Part shown: in pieces, positions 1 through 9,245 of the stretch
Layout: each line of letters starts with the position of its first letter
Position numbering within the stretch: position 1 is the stretch's first letter
Source: an uncultured virus (IMG/VR IMGVR_UViG_2788500287_000116)
Lineage: Duplodnaviria; Heunggongvirae; Uroviricota; Caudoviricetes
DNA: 64,000 nucleotides
Direction: 5' to 3' (one strand)
IMG/VR virus record: IMGVR_UViG_2788500287_000116
Notes under the pieces: model-generated
What the model was told of the DNA's origin: nothing
Seen by the model: the letters and a program-made list of their open reading frames with translations, nothing else
Database searches by the model: none
Position numbers and translations under genes: made by a program

Positions 1-3000
1 TTAACCTCAGAAGATATAGGCGCTTTTGATGTTCTAATTGATAAAGATGGCAATGAAATGGTTGTTAGAGATTTATTGCGAAATAGAGTTGATGATATGA
101 TTGTGAAAATGCGAAACAACATACTGAATTCATCAAAAAAAATCAGCAGAGCTTTAATGATAAACGACAACTACAAAAAATTTTCATTATTAGACAATCC
201 AGAAGGTAATAAAAACTTCTACTATTTAAGTGAAATTGTCGGTATGGATGTTTATAATCATATGCCAAGTGAAGCTTTTAAAATAGATGGCAGGGTAGTA
301 GCTTTTACTGATATATATAATTTAGTTACTGACCCATCTAATGTACAAGCTATTAGAAAAGGAGAAATAAAAGTAGAAATAGGAGAGCCTGAAAATTACG
401 GTTTGATGGAACCTGTTGTAAAAGAGGCTAAAAGGTTAATGGATAGAAATGATGCGGATGAAGTTTATAATAATGAATTTTATAGAACAGCAGATAACGT
501 TGCTGATTATACAGGAAACTTAGCTAAGGGTGTTTTCTTTGAAATCTCTGATTTAGTCGGATATGCTATCGAAACAGGAAATGGATTAATTGCAAATNCA
601 TTTGGATTNNTTGATGAAGACTTCGGTAACGCATACAGAACTACTTCTAATATAAACATGATTACAACTGGATTAGGATTCAAGCAGATAGGTTTTGATA
701 ATTTAGGAGAATCTTTTATGGTTTCAGGCGCTACAGGAGATATGAACGCAGGAGTCAAAGTTTTAAGAGACGAGTACCTACCACTATGGACGACACAGAT
801 AAGCGACGCAAGCACCTTGTCGGAATTTTTCTACTTAGGAAATGAAACACTAGCTACATCAATACCTTATTTAGGGGCATTACTTTATAACCCCTATCTA
901 GGATATTCTTTAATAGGTGCAAATGCATACAATGAGCATGTTGACAACTACTTTCAAATGAAAGAAAATTTTAAACAAAACATGTTTAATGGTGAGCCAT
1001 TGTTGTCTACTAATTTAGAATTAGTAAATTCATCTGATTTCAAGTTAAGAACTATGGGGCTAACAAAGGCCGCAACAGAAGTTCTTATTACAAGATTATT
1101 NACAGGACAATATTTAAAAAACGCAAATATATTTAATAAAACCAAAATACCTAAAACATTAGAAAATTCTAGACTTTTAGCTCAACAATATAAATTAAGA
1201 TTTGACCAAGGGACTTCAAACGTCTTAAGAAGAATATATGGAATTGAATTAAAGGCTTTTGCAAACGAGATAACAGAGGAGAATAGTATTATGGCTTTCA
1301 ACTATTTATTCGACTCTCTGTTAGGTATTGAAGAATTCGATGCAGCAAAGATGCAGAAAATGGCAGCAAACACAACTTTAGCTTCTGTTTTTAGTTCTGG
1401 AGGGATGGCTGTTATGTTTAGAATGAAAGGAAATCAGAACACAAGAAAAACTGCAGAGCTTTATATATCATCTAATCTATCGAATGGAATGAGTCATCAA
1501 TTGATGTACGAAAAGTTGACATATGAAAAGCTACTTCAAGACATGATTAAAAAAGGTCAAAGCGAAGGCATTAGTGAGAGTGAAACGAAAAGCTCAGAAA
1601 GTTATCAAGCTGTTTTAGATGCTTTGAAACCAATAAACAGACAGTTGTTAGAGTTTGANAATGCAAAAGATAAGCTTGTACAAAATATGACGACTGAGCA
1701 AAAAATTGATTTTCTTGACAACTTAGCTTTGTTAGAAAAGCAAGAAATCATCTTAAATGATACTTCGAATCCGATGATTCAAAGAGAAAATGCAAGAAAA
1801 GAAATAGGGATTATTAGAGATAAACTACAAAGAATTGTAGATGAGCAGGGAACAGCAGAAGCTTTTTTCTTTTTAAGTGATAATACAAAACAAAAATATA
1901 TCAACGAAGCTTACGTTTTATTAGAAGGGCANATTGATGAAATGCTGAATACAGAAATGACTGAAGGCTCTCAAACCAATATTTCAGAATTGTTAATTAA
2001 AAAAGCAGAACAGCTTTACATACAAGACGCAAATAACAAAAACTTATACACAGGGATGGATTTAGACTTGACCTTAGACCTCGACGCAGGAGCTAGGTAT
2101 GGCAACCTTGACGTAAATCAAGGGCAAGTTTTTGATATGGATAAAAACTATGAATTGGAGTTTGAATTATCTTCTGAAATAAATAATGCTAAGGGAGTTT
2201 TAAACCAGGCTGTTATGTTTCCTTCNAGGGCAGATGTTATAGCTCAAACAGATGCAGATGCAAGAGCAGAGCAAGGAGAAACGGATACAGATACACCTGT
2301 AACGTATAGAGAGNAAATGCTNAACCTTGTATCTAGAATAGAAAGGNTGATGACTGGTACGCTTATGGAAAACGAAAACGCTAAAAACCCAACTAGTCGT
2401 TTTTATAATTCATTAAGTCCNTTTCAACAAAAACAATTAAAACAATTCTTCAGTGATATTACAAACCCAAAAGANGGNAGGAAGCCACAGGTTTTGAGAA
2501 TCAAATCAATTCTTGATGCTTATGAAATGATTTATGATATAGCTGGTAGAGTTGATAAACCCATTGAGTTGTTTCCAAAAGGAAATTATAAACCAGGTGA
2601 AATAATGAAAAGTTTGACACAAACTATTACTAGTTTTTGGCAACAAGTAAATTTAGGTTTTAATCCTCTGGGTAAATCTTTTGTAAGTAAAGATATTCAG
2701 ATGAATATGTTTTTTAGAGATAAAACACAAGGAGCTCCATTGCAAAATCTCTANAGTGAGTTGATGAGNAACATATCTGAAATTCAACAGAAAAACAATA
2801 AAAACTATATAGACATTGTAAAAAAATACCATCGAGGTAAGAATCCAGGTTTTAGTATAAAAAGATTTTTAGGTCAGGAGGATTTAAGTATAGATATATA
2901 TGATGATTATGAAATGCAAATTTTATCTGGACTTAGTAGAATCAATTTAGATTANAGGGATGAGCAAGGAAATGAAAATAAAAACTATGAGTTTAATAGG

Positions 3001-5622
3001 TATAAAAATAATTTACTAGAAGAATTAGATTTAAGAGAACAAGAATATAAAAATGAAAACAATATTAGTAGAAAAAACATACTNAAAAAACGATACGAAA
3101 TATTAAAAGATGTTGTAGATAGGCTTGGTGTTGTTGGCGCACAAGACATTGATGCTGTTCTTGCAAACGCACAAAGCTACAATATTGAAACGGTTAATTT
3201 TATACAAGGTTTGTTTAAAAACAATGAGCAGAATTCTTTCGATAGGCTTGATGGATTTGGACATAAATATACAAGGTTTGACAACTACATGCCAATATTT
3301 GTAAAGAAAGATGGTGAGAGTTTTACAGACCAACAATACAACAGTGTTGACAACAATCCTAATACAATAAACAACACAGGGTCTTTACAATATGCTCCTA
3401 CACCAGATAGTTATAGAGACCAAGGTTTTAGAATGCAATTCGGTCATTATNTACATAATTCTTTTCATGCTTTACAAGGAACAGAGATAGATTCAAAATT
3501 GAGAGTGAACGCTGAAACATTAAATATATTAATAAATAGTCCTGAGTTCAAACAATTATTTTCAGATGAAAGTCAGTTTGAAATGTTTAGAAAGGTGTTT
3601 GGAGATGAATTCAANGACCAATTTAATAAGTTGGTTACAGGTGGTAGGTCTGAGTATACAGACTTTGGTGATGCATCATTAGGGGGTAAAGATGGTAGTG
3701 TTACAACATTTATAACTGATAAACTAGCTAAAGTATATAATTTAGCTATAGGTGGAGCTGCTTACTGGAAGTTGACAGCTTTAGACCAACCTTTGAAACA
3801 ATTTTATTCAGCTGTAGGAAACAATTATTTTAGAGTTAATACTTCAGAAGCAAAAGAATTTTTATTAAATAAAAGTAGGCTTTACGGAACATTTTTAGCT
3901 GGAACTACAAATGGTAAAAAAAGAACAACAATCATAGGTGAATACTTTCAAGATGTTTTTGGTCAGGGTGATAAGTCTGAATTGTATGCTATGTCTAGAA
4001 CAGGACTTAGAAATTCAATATTAGCTGAGCTTCCTCTTGATAATAATGGTATGATGGATAAAAGCTATTATGAAAAGTTTTTAAATAAAGAAATGCCTTT
4101 CATACCTAATGGCTCATATACTATTGACCAAATAATAAATCTAATATCAAAAAACACAGAGTTTTCTCTTGATATCATGNTAGCTCGTTCAGATAGAGCA
4201 GCTGCAAATGCATCCTTTGAAGCGCATTACTTAGATTATGTACTTCAAAATAGAAGAACTCCAGAAGGAGATTTAGTTACATACCCTAGCGATAAAAAAG
4301 GTCGAAAGGAATGGTGGGCTAATGAAAAGAAAAGAGGTTACGATAAAAACGCTATAAATTATGCTGATAGTATAATCGCAGAATTGATGCGTTCTGGTAA
4401 TGATTTAGCTGAAGGTTCCTTTTTTAGAAGTGATGCTGATGGTTCCACTAGATTTTTGTCGCAAACATTTTTCCCATTTGGTAGATTTGAGGTAAACGCA
4501 AGAACAAATTTCCAATATCACCTACAGAGATATTTAGACCCAAATGTACCACAAGACCAAAAGGATGATTCTGCTAGTGCTATGGCAGGCTTAGCTTTGG
4601 AGGTAGCAAGTTTTGATGCGATAGGCAAAACATTTGGAGCAATAACAATGGGAACGGTTTTAACTTCAGTATTAGGTGGTGATGAAGAAGCAATCGAAGA
4701 ATATGGTGGGCTACAACCTTATTTGTTTACACTTATAGGATATAAAGACAGAGATGCTATTGCACAAATAGAAAAATTAAAAAGTGAGGGCGCTACAACT
4801 AAAGAGATGCTAGAGTTTATACAAAAAAGAAATATTTCAAATGTAGAAAACTTAGATTTTGTAGCAAGCATTCAGGAATTAGAAAACTACATGTTTACTT
4901 ACTCTAAAAAACCAGATATATCACCAAGAACTGGTAACTGGAAAAAAGGTGTAATTACAAACATAGCAAAACTTGTAGACCCAAGTGCCTCAATACCACC
5001 CCCAGTTAGAGATGGTGTTTTAGCATTTGTCAATGTAATAGCTGAGGAGACTGGGTTAATCAAACCAGGCTCACAAATATTTCAAGAATTTCAATCCGAA
5101 GATATAAAAGCATATCGTGAAGGTAAAATTACATCAGAAGCTTTATTTACTTCTATTGTAGAAAATAACTTAGGACTACCTGGCATCATAGTGGAGCAAT
5201 ACAACAAACTGGATAGAGCTAGAGGGATTTGGGAAGAAAACGTTATTGAAAAAGAATTTAGAGGTGTACCTTCGAAACAATATCATGGAACTGGTATTGA
5301 AGCTATTGATGAACAATATAGAAAAGGTGCAGCTGTGTTATATATAGCTAGGTTAATGGAAACTTTTGGTATGTTGCCAGGGCCTGCAGCAGAACTTAGC
5401 ACCACATTAAACCAACTTGAAAGAAGTATTGAAAAGTATATGACTCCAGGTGCATTCCCTGATAATCAACCTGTTCCAGGAGTTCCAACTAGTGAAAGAG
5501 AAATGATTTTTGGATTAGATTCTAAAGCAGACGCGTTTTTTACAGTTTATGATTTCTTGACAGGAGAATATAAAAACAACCCTAATTATGTTCCTGGTGG
5601 AACTGGGCCTTTACCTGAGTAA
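1..5622 (+). CDS. Very large probable internal virion (ejection) protein, 5'-truncated
   Basis: The frame is open from base 1 (LTSEDIGAFD...) to the stop at 5622, giving >1870 aa of helix-rich sequence. It sits at the end of the late arm, like podovirus core proteins, and is probably the C-terminal part of the ORF starting at 62690. Confidence 0.6.
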   Translation, partial: LTSEDIGAFDVLIDKDGNEMVVRDLLRNRVDDMIVKMRNNILNSSKKISRALMINDNYKKFSLLDNPEGNKNFYYLSEIVGMDVYNHMPSEAFKIDGRVVAFTDIYNLVTDPSNVQAIRKGEIKVEIGEPENYGLMEPVVKEAKRLMDRNDADEVYNNEFYRTADNVADYTGNLAKGVFFEISDLVGYAIETGNGLIANXFGXXDEDFGNAYRTTSNINMITTGLGFKQIGFDNLGESFMVSGATGDMNAGVKVLRDEYLPLWTTQISDASTLSEFFYLGNETLATSIPYLGALLYNPYLGYSLIGANAYNEHVDNYFQMKENFKQNMFNGEPLLSTNLELVNSSDFKLRTMGLTKAATEVLITRLXTGQYLKNANIFNKTKIPKTLENSRLLAQQYKLRFDQGTSNVLRRIYGIELKAFANEITEENSIMAFNYLFDSLLGIEEFDAAKMQKMAANTTLASVFSSGGMAVMFRMKGNQNTRKTAELYISSNLSNGMSHQLMYEKLTYEKLLQDMIKKGQSEGISESETKSSESYQAVLDALKPINRQLLEFXNAKDKLVQNMTTEQKIDFLDNLALLEKQEIILNDTSNPMIQRENARKEIGIIRDKLQRIVDEQGTAEAFFFLSDNTKQKYINEAYVLLEGXIDEMLNTEMTEGSQTNISELLIKKAEQLYIQDANNKNLYTGMDLDLTLDLDAGARYGNLDVNQGQVFDMDKNYELEFELSSEINNAKGVLNQAVMFPXRADVIAQTDADARAEQGETDTDTPVTYREXMXNLVSRIERXMTGTLMENENAKNPTSRFYNSLSXFQQKQLKQFFSDITNPKXXRKPQVLRIKSILDAYEMIYDIAGRVDKPIELFPKGNYKPGEIMKSLTQTITSFWQQVNLGFNPLGKSFVSKDIQMNMFFRDKTQGAPLQNLXSELMXNISEIQQKNNKNYIDIVKKYHRGKNPGFSIKRFLGQEDLSIDIYDDYEMQILSGLSRINLDXRDEQGNENKNYEFNRYKNNLLEELDLREQEYKNENNISRKNIXKKRYEILKDVVDRLGVVGAQDIDAVLANAQSYNIETVNFIQGLFKNNEQNSFDRLDGFGHKYTRFDNYMPIFVKKDGESFTDQQYNSVDNNPNTINNTGSLQYAPTPDSYRDQGFRMQFGHYXHNSFHALQGTEIDSKLRVNAETLNILINSPEFKQLFSDESQFEMFRKVFGDEFXDQFNKLVTGGRSEYTDFGDASLGGKDGSVTTFITDKLAKVYNLAIGGAAYWKLTALDQPLKQFYSAVGNNYFRVNTSEAKEFLLNKSRLYGTFLAGTTNGKKRTTIIGEYFQDVFGQGDKSELYAMSRTGLRNSILAELPLDNNGMMDKSYYEKFLNKEMPFIPNGSYTIDQIINLISKNTEFSLDIMXARSDRAAANASFEAHYLDYVLQNRRTPEGDLVTYPSDKKGRKEWWANEKKRGYDKNAINYADSIIAELMRSGNDLAEGSFFRSDADGSTRFLSQTFFPFGRFEVNARTNFQYHLQRYLDPNVPQDQKDDSASAMAGLALEVASFDAIGKTFGAITMGTVLTSVLGGDEEAIEEYGGLQPYLFTLIGYKDRDAIAQIEKLKSEGATTKEMLEFIQKRNISNVENLDFVASIQELENYMFTYSKKPDISPRTGNWKKGVITNIAKLVDPSASIPPPVRDGVLAFVNVIAEETGLIKPGSQIFQEFQSEDIKAYREGKITSEALFTSIVENNLGLPGIIVEQYNKLDRARGIWEENVIEKEFRGVPSKQYHGTGIEAIDEQYRKGAAVLYIARLMETFGMLPGPAAELSTTLNQLERSIEKYMTPGAFPDNQPVPGVPTSEREMIFGLDSKADAFFTVYDFLTGEYKNNPNYVPGGTGPLPE

Positions 5623-6060
5623 ATCATTTATTATTTTAACGACTTCTAAGCAGTCTTTTTGATTCCTTGGCACAAATAGTACAGGATTCATATTATTCAT
5701 CGTTAAATAGCGCTTAAAAAGCTTCCAAACCATAGGAAACCTTTCATTTGGGTTNCCTTTACACTCTATTATGAATCTTGGGGGGTCTTGTACATCAACA
5801 AAATCTGGAGTGTATGTTATGGGTAAAATCTTTTTATTACCCTTATCATGCAGAAATTTTTTCTTTGGTGTTTTTTCGTAAGAACTGAACGGCAACTGAA
5901 AGCCGTCGATGATTGTGAATTTACGTGATTCGTAACCAGCTTTTATTTTGTGCGCTTTCAATAACAGATACATATGTGATTCGAGCTTCGATTGAAATTG
6001 TATGCCGTCTATCTTGGTTTTTTTATACCTAGTTATTTGTCTTTTTTTTCTGCGATACAT
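5611..6060 (-). CDS. DUF1064-like PD-(D/E)XK endonuclease
   Basis: Motifs DGIQFQSKLE, YTPDF and IIECK. Confidence 0.75.
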   Translation of the reverse strand: MYRRKKRQITRYKKTKIDGIQFQSKLESHMYLLLKAHKIKAGYESRKFTIIDGFQLPFSSYEKTPKKKFLHDKGNKKILPITYTPDFVDVQDPPRFIIECKXNPNERFPMVWKLFKRYLTMNNMNPVLFVPRNQKDCLEVVKIINDLLR

Positions 6061-6505
6061 CTTCTAAATATAGATAATCAAAAAAAGATATACTTGTAAG
6101 TGTTCTTGCAGCCTCTATTATTGTGGGTGAATACACATTGAAGTTGCTATATATTTTTTTAATTCCTTTCCTAGTTATTTTTTCTTTTTCAACAGGCCTA
6201 AATTTTTTGAAAGAACCTATTCGATTATCGTATAAAATTTTATTAACCATCTGTTCGATTTCAACTTGTTCTATCAGGTATTCAATAGCCATTTTATTGT
6301 TTACTTGCAACTCAGCTGATGCAATATACACATAATCATTTTCAAATGAAAGTACTTCAAAGTTTCCGTCTTCATGCATAAGTACATACACAAAGTTGTC
6401 TTCTAAAAATTCTTTTAAATCTATTTTATTTAATAGGTTTTTTATGACTATGACTTCTTCATCACTTGGCTCTCTATTACAATAAAACTTTTCTGCAAAC
6501 TTCAT
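6029..6505 (-). CDS. Hypothetical protein
   Basis: 158-aa ORF. A TAAATTAG promoter-like box lies at 6510-6517, just upstream. Confidence 0.65.
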   Translation of the reverse strand: MKFAEKFYCNREPSDEEVIVIKNLLNKIDLKEFLEDNFVYVLMHEDGNFEVLSFENDYVYIASAELQVNNKMAIEYLIEQVEIEQMVNKILYDNRIGSFKKFRPVEKEKITRKGIKKIYSNFNVYSPTIIEAARTLTSISFFDYLYLEDVSQKKKTNN

Positions 6506-6519
6506 ACATCTAATTTAAT

Positions 6520-6549
6520 AAAAAAACCCCCAACATATGTGGGGGTTTC
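6520..6549 (-). terminator. Intrinsic terminator
   Basis: AAACCCCCA-n-TGGGGGTTT stem with a U tract on the minus strand. Confidence 0.8.
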
Positions 6550-6607
6550 TACATTATGAAAACATAGTCCAGAGAACAATTAAAAAAACTCTAAACTTTC
6601 AAAAACT
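6520..6607 (-). ncRNA. Candidate ~85-nt small RNA carrying an anti-start-codon motif (GUUUUCAUAAU)
   Basis: Bracketed by a TATATTTG box (6612-6619) and a terminator (6520-6549). No meaningful ORF lies between them. Complementary to early-gene start regions. Confidence 0.5.
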
Positions 6608-6611
6608 AATA

Positions 6612-6619
6612 CAAATATA
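6612..6619 (-). promoter_or_regulatory. Bacteroidota-type -7 promoter box (TATATTTG)
   Basis: Intergenic match to TAnnTTTG. Confidence 0.65.
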
Positions 6620-6629
6620 CAAAAAAATT

Positions 6630-6803
6630 TTAAAAAGGTGATTCTCCGAATCCCCATTCGTATCTCAATGTAACAAACCAAAAATGTAAGGAGAATGTAA
6701 AATGCTCTACATTTTCATCTGGCTCCCAGAATTCATAGCCAAAAACCATGGCTTCAAAAGGATGCCTTAAACTAAACGATACTTGTTCCCATTTTTCTTC
6801 CAT
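6630..6803 (-). CDS. Small hypothetical protein (57 aa, MEEKWEQVSF...; not in ORF track)
   Basis: Its ATG overlaps the upstream stop (TAATG). Confidence 0.65.
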   Translation of the reverse strand: MEEKWEQVSFSLRHPFEAMVFGYEFWEPDENVEHFTFSLHFWFVTLRYEWGFGESPF

Positions 6804-7900
6804 TAGAATATATGTGTTAATCTTGCAATTTGACCATGGTCTGGATGATGTATGAAACCTTCTATTGCTTTTGGGTTATGTTGATATCCATTCCTATGAT
6901 GCCAAGAGTCTGCAGCACTTGGACTTCTTAAACTTTCTACAGTTACACCTGTATAATCTTTTGCATTTTTATGATGCACGTGGTGTGTGTATATGTATCT
7001 ATGCTTACAGCTTGACCAATTATCCTTCGATTCAACAGCCATAAGCAAAGGTAAATTTGCGACACGCGCGCCATCACCGTGTGTTGTGCCGATTAAATTA
7101 GCTCCATACTTGTAGTACTTTCTATGTGTAATAGAGCAATCAAATGTTACGTTTTTTGCATGTCTAAACCATGACTGAATTACGTCAGCGAGAAAGAAAC
7201 CATGCGTATAGTCGTGATTTGAAGGGTTGTACATTACATGAACATCCGAAATAGAACATAGTGTTTCTATGATTTCAACATACAATGCTTTTGCCTTCAA
7301 GAAGTTTTCATACCACATACCGTCAGTATCTTGAGGTGTGCCTGATGTTGTCGTTCTTTTTGGTGTGTCTATATGTAATATATCGTTACCTATAATCAAA
7401 ACTATCATATCAAAATTAAATCCTTTAGATTTATCTAAAATACCTTTTACNCCTTCTCTTACTCGATTCACCGCTATTTCTTGGTTGTAATCTTCACCTG
7501 TTTCAAAAGCTGAAGACAACTTCCCCAAATGTATATCAGCAGGGTCAACCACTAATAAGTGAGGGCTATCTATTTTTTTTCTTTTAATAGTTTTATACCT
7601 TGGCGAATGCTCATCCATTTCTTTGATAATATCTTTACTTATTTCATTGTAAGACATTATCGCTGGTCTAACACGCACAGAATATTCTTTAGTTTTATCC
7701 CAATATTCTGTTACACTATTAAAATCTATACCTCTAGCCTCGCAGTAAGCCGCTACTCCGCTATGTTTTATTTCGTTTAGTTGTTTGATTTGGTCTTGTG
7801 AAATGTAGGCTCTAAATGTGTTTCTCCCTACTTCCAATCTTTTTAGAGGCACTCCTAATGCTTTTGCCTCATCATGAGTTAAGCGAACTCTTTTATTCAT
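6803..7900 (-). CDS. Calcineurin-like metallophosphoesterase
   Basis: Metal-binding motifs ADIHLG, GND, SNHD, THGD and HHVHH. Confidence 0.85.
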   Translation of the reverse strand: MNKRVRLTHDEAKALGVPLKRLEVGRNTFRAYISQDQIKQLNEIKHSGVAAYCEARGIDFNSVTEYWDKTKEYSVRVRPAIMSYNEISKDIIKEMDEHSPRYKTIKRKKIDSPHLLVVDPADIHLGKLSSAFETGEDYNQEIAVNRVREXVKGILDKSKGFNFDMIVLIIGNDILHIDTPKRTTTSGTPQDTDGMWYENFLKAKALYVEIIETLCSISDVHVMYNPSNHDYTHGFFLADVIQSWFRHAKNVTFDCSITHRKYYKYGANLIGTTHGDGARVANLPLLMAVESKDNWSSCKHRYIYTHHVHHKNAKDYTGVTVESLRSPSAADSWHHRNGYQHNPKAIEGFIHHPDHGQIARLTHIF

Positions 7901-8067
7901 GGTTCCATCGTTTTTTTCAAATCCTTTAAATCGTATATTAAAGAATTTATAGTGTTCTTACACTCATCGAATTCCCCATCAAAAACATCTTCGAAAGCGG
8001 AGTCTAGCTTAGTATGCATTTTNTTAAATACATTTACTAGATATTGCTCTCGTGATGTTGCTGCCAT
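7897..8067 (-). CDS. Small hypothetical protein (56 aa, MAATSREQYL...)
   Basis: Its stop overlaps the next start (ATGA). Confidence 0.55.
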   Translation of the reverse strand: MAATSREQYLVNVFXKMHTKLDSAFEDVFDGEFDECKNTINSLIYDLKDLKKTMEP

Positions 8068-8108
8068 TTTACACTTTGTGTAGGAACATGATTCCTTTTA
8101 ATAATTTA

Positions 8109-8489
8109 TCATTCATCTAAAAATTGTTTTAAATTTGGTTTAAAATACTCAGAACCTTTCATAACCTTGCCGTCTGACCTTTTTAATACCTTTCCATTTT
8201 CTAATTTACTCATGTTTGATTTATGTACTTCTTCAAACATATCGTAAAAAACTTTTTCTAACCCATGCGAAACGACAGCGCCATACAAAACGTATGCTAT
8301 GTCGATAATTGCATCACTTACTTTCACTAAATTTTCTTGCTCACACGCATCCTTATATTCATTTATTTCTTCTAAAAGCAAATTATATCTTAAATTAAAT
8401 TCATTTTTTTTNAGCAAACTTGGTTTCCTATTAACAGGAACGTTAAACGCCTTATTGAAATTAGTTAACATTGTGGTTAGTTCTGACAT
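8109..8489 (-). CDS. MazG-like / PRA-PH all-alpha NTP pyrophosphohydrolase
   Basis: Motifs LLEEINEY, DAIIDIAYV, FEEVHKSNMSK and DGKVMKG. Confidence 0.85.
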   Translation of the reverse strand: MSELTTMLTNFNKAFNVPVNRKPSLXKKNEFNLRYNLLLEEINEYKDACEQENLVKVSDAIIDIAYVLYGAVVSHGLEKVFYDMFEEVHKSNMSKLENGKVLKRSDGKVMKGSEYFKPNLKQFLDE

Positions 8490-8533
8490 TTTGTAAATGA
8501 ATTCCTCTAATTTAGAAAAAAATTATTGAATTC

Positions 8534-8764
8534 TCAACATTTTGTTAATTTTTCACTAATGTGATAATATAAATCACCTATTTTTTGCTGCATTTTTTTC
8601 TGGTCTGTTTTTTGATTATACAATTCTTGACCTCTTTTTTTCTTACCCTTGTAATTTATTTCCAGTTGTAAATGATTTTTATCATAGATGACTGGATATA
8701 TTTTTATATCATTGTCAAAACATACTTTCATTACTTCATGAACATTGAAATCTACACTTTTCAT
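8534..8764 (-). CDS. Hypothetical protein
   Basis: 76-aa ORF within the operon. Confidence 0.6.
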   Translation of the reverse strand: MKSVDFNVHEVMKVCFDNDIKIYPVIYDKNHLQLEINYKGKKKRGQELYNQKTDQKKMQQKIGDLYYHISEKLTKC

Positions 8765-9170
8765 TACCCCATTTTTTCCCTAATTGATTTACAAACCAAA
8801 CTAGACTTGCTCTTTTTTCAAAGTTATGCCATTTTTTGTTGTAATAAAATCGAGTAACAAAACATTGCTCTAAAGGTATATCTTCTACGATATCATAGAC
8901 GTCAAAGTATTCTACTTTTAAGACAACTGACTTGTGTGTTCGCCAGCTGTCGCATATTCTTTCAAGCAATAAACGCTGTCCAAGCGGTATTTTTATACCT
9001 CTTTTTTTAACTTCAATAAGTATAAGTATTTGATTATCAAACTCTAAGACAGCATCTATATCGGATGGATGCATGGCTCCATTTTGCACCATTGTAAAAT
9101 CTATTGTGCGTCGTACTTCTGCGCTATTTCTGATAAGGCTGTCCAATGATTGTGAATTAAAATTTACCAA
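8736..9170 (-). CDS. PD-(D/E)XK-like nuclease fold protein (start uncertain)
   Basis: SDIDAVLE...LIEVK motif. Confidence 0.55.
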   Translation of the reverse strand: MVNFNSQSLDSLIRNSAEVRRTIDFTMVQNGAMHPSDIDAVLEFDNQILILIEVKKRGIKIPLGQRLLLERICDSWRTHKSVVLKVEYFDVYDIVEDIPLEQCFVTRFYYNKKWHNFEKRASLVWFVNQLGKKWGNEKCRFQCS

Positions 9171-9245
9171 AAGTTGTTTTATGCAAACCTTTTAATAATA
9201 TTTTGTTAAGCCTATTTAGGTAGGCTTTAATTTTTTTTATTGTTT

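Noticed and set aside
1..5622. Virion RNA polymerase as in crAss-like or N4 phages
   Set aside because: No convincing DxDxD catalytic context. DLDLTLDLD and DSDFD (~63353) are not persuasive, though missing sequence leaves it open.
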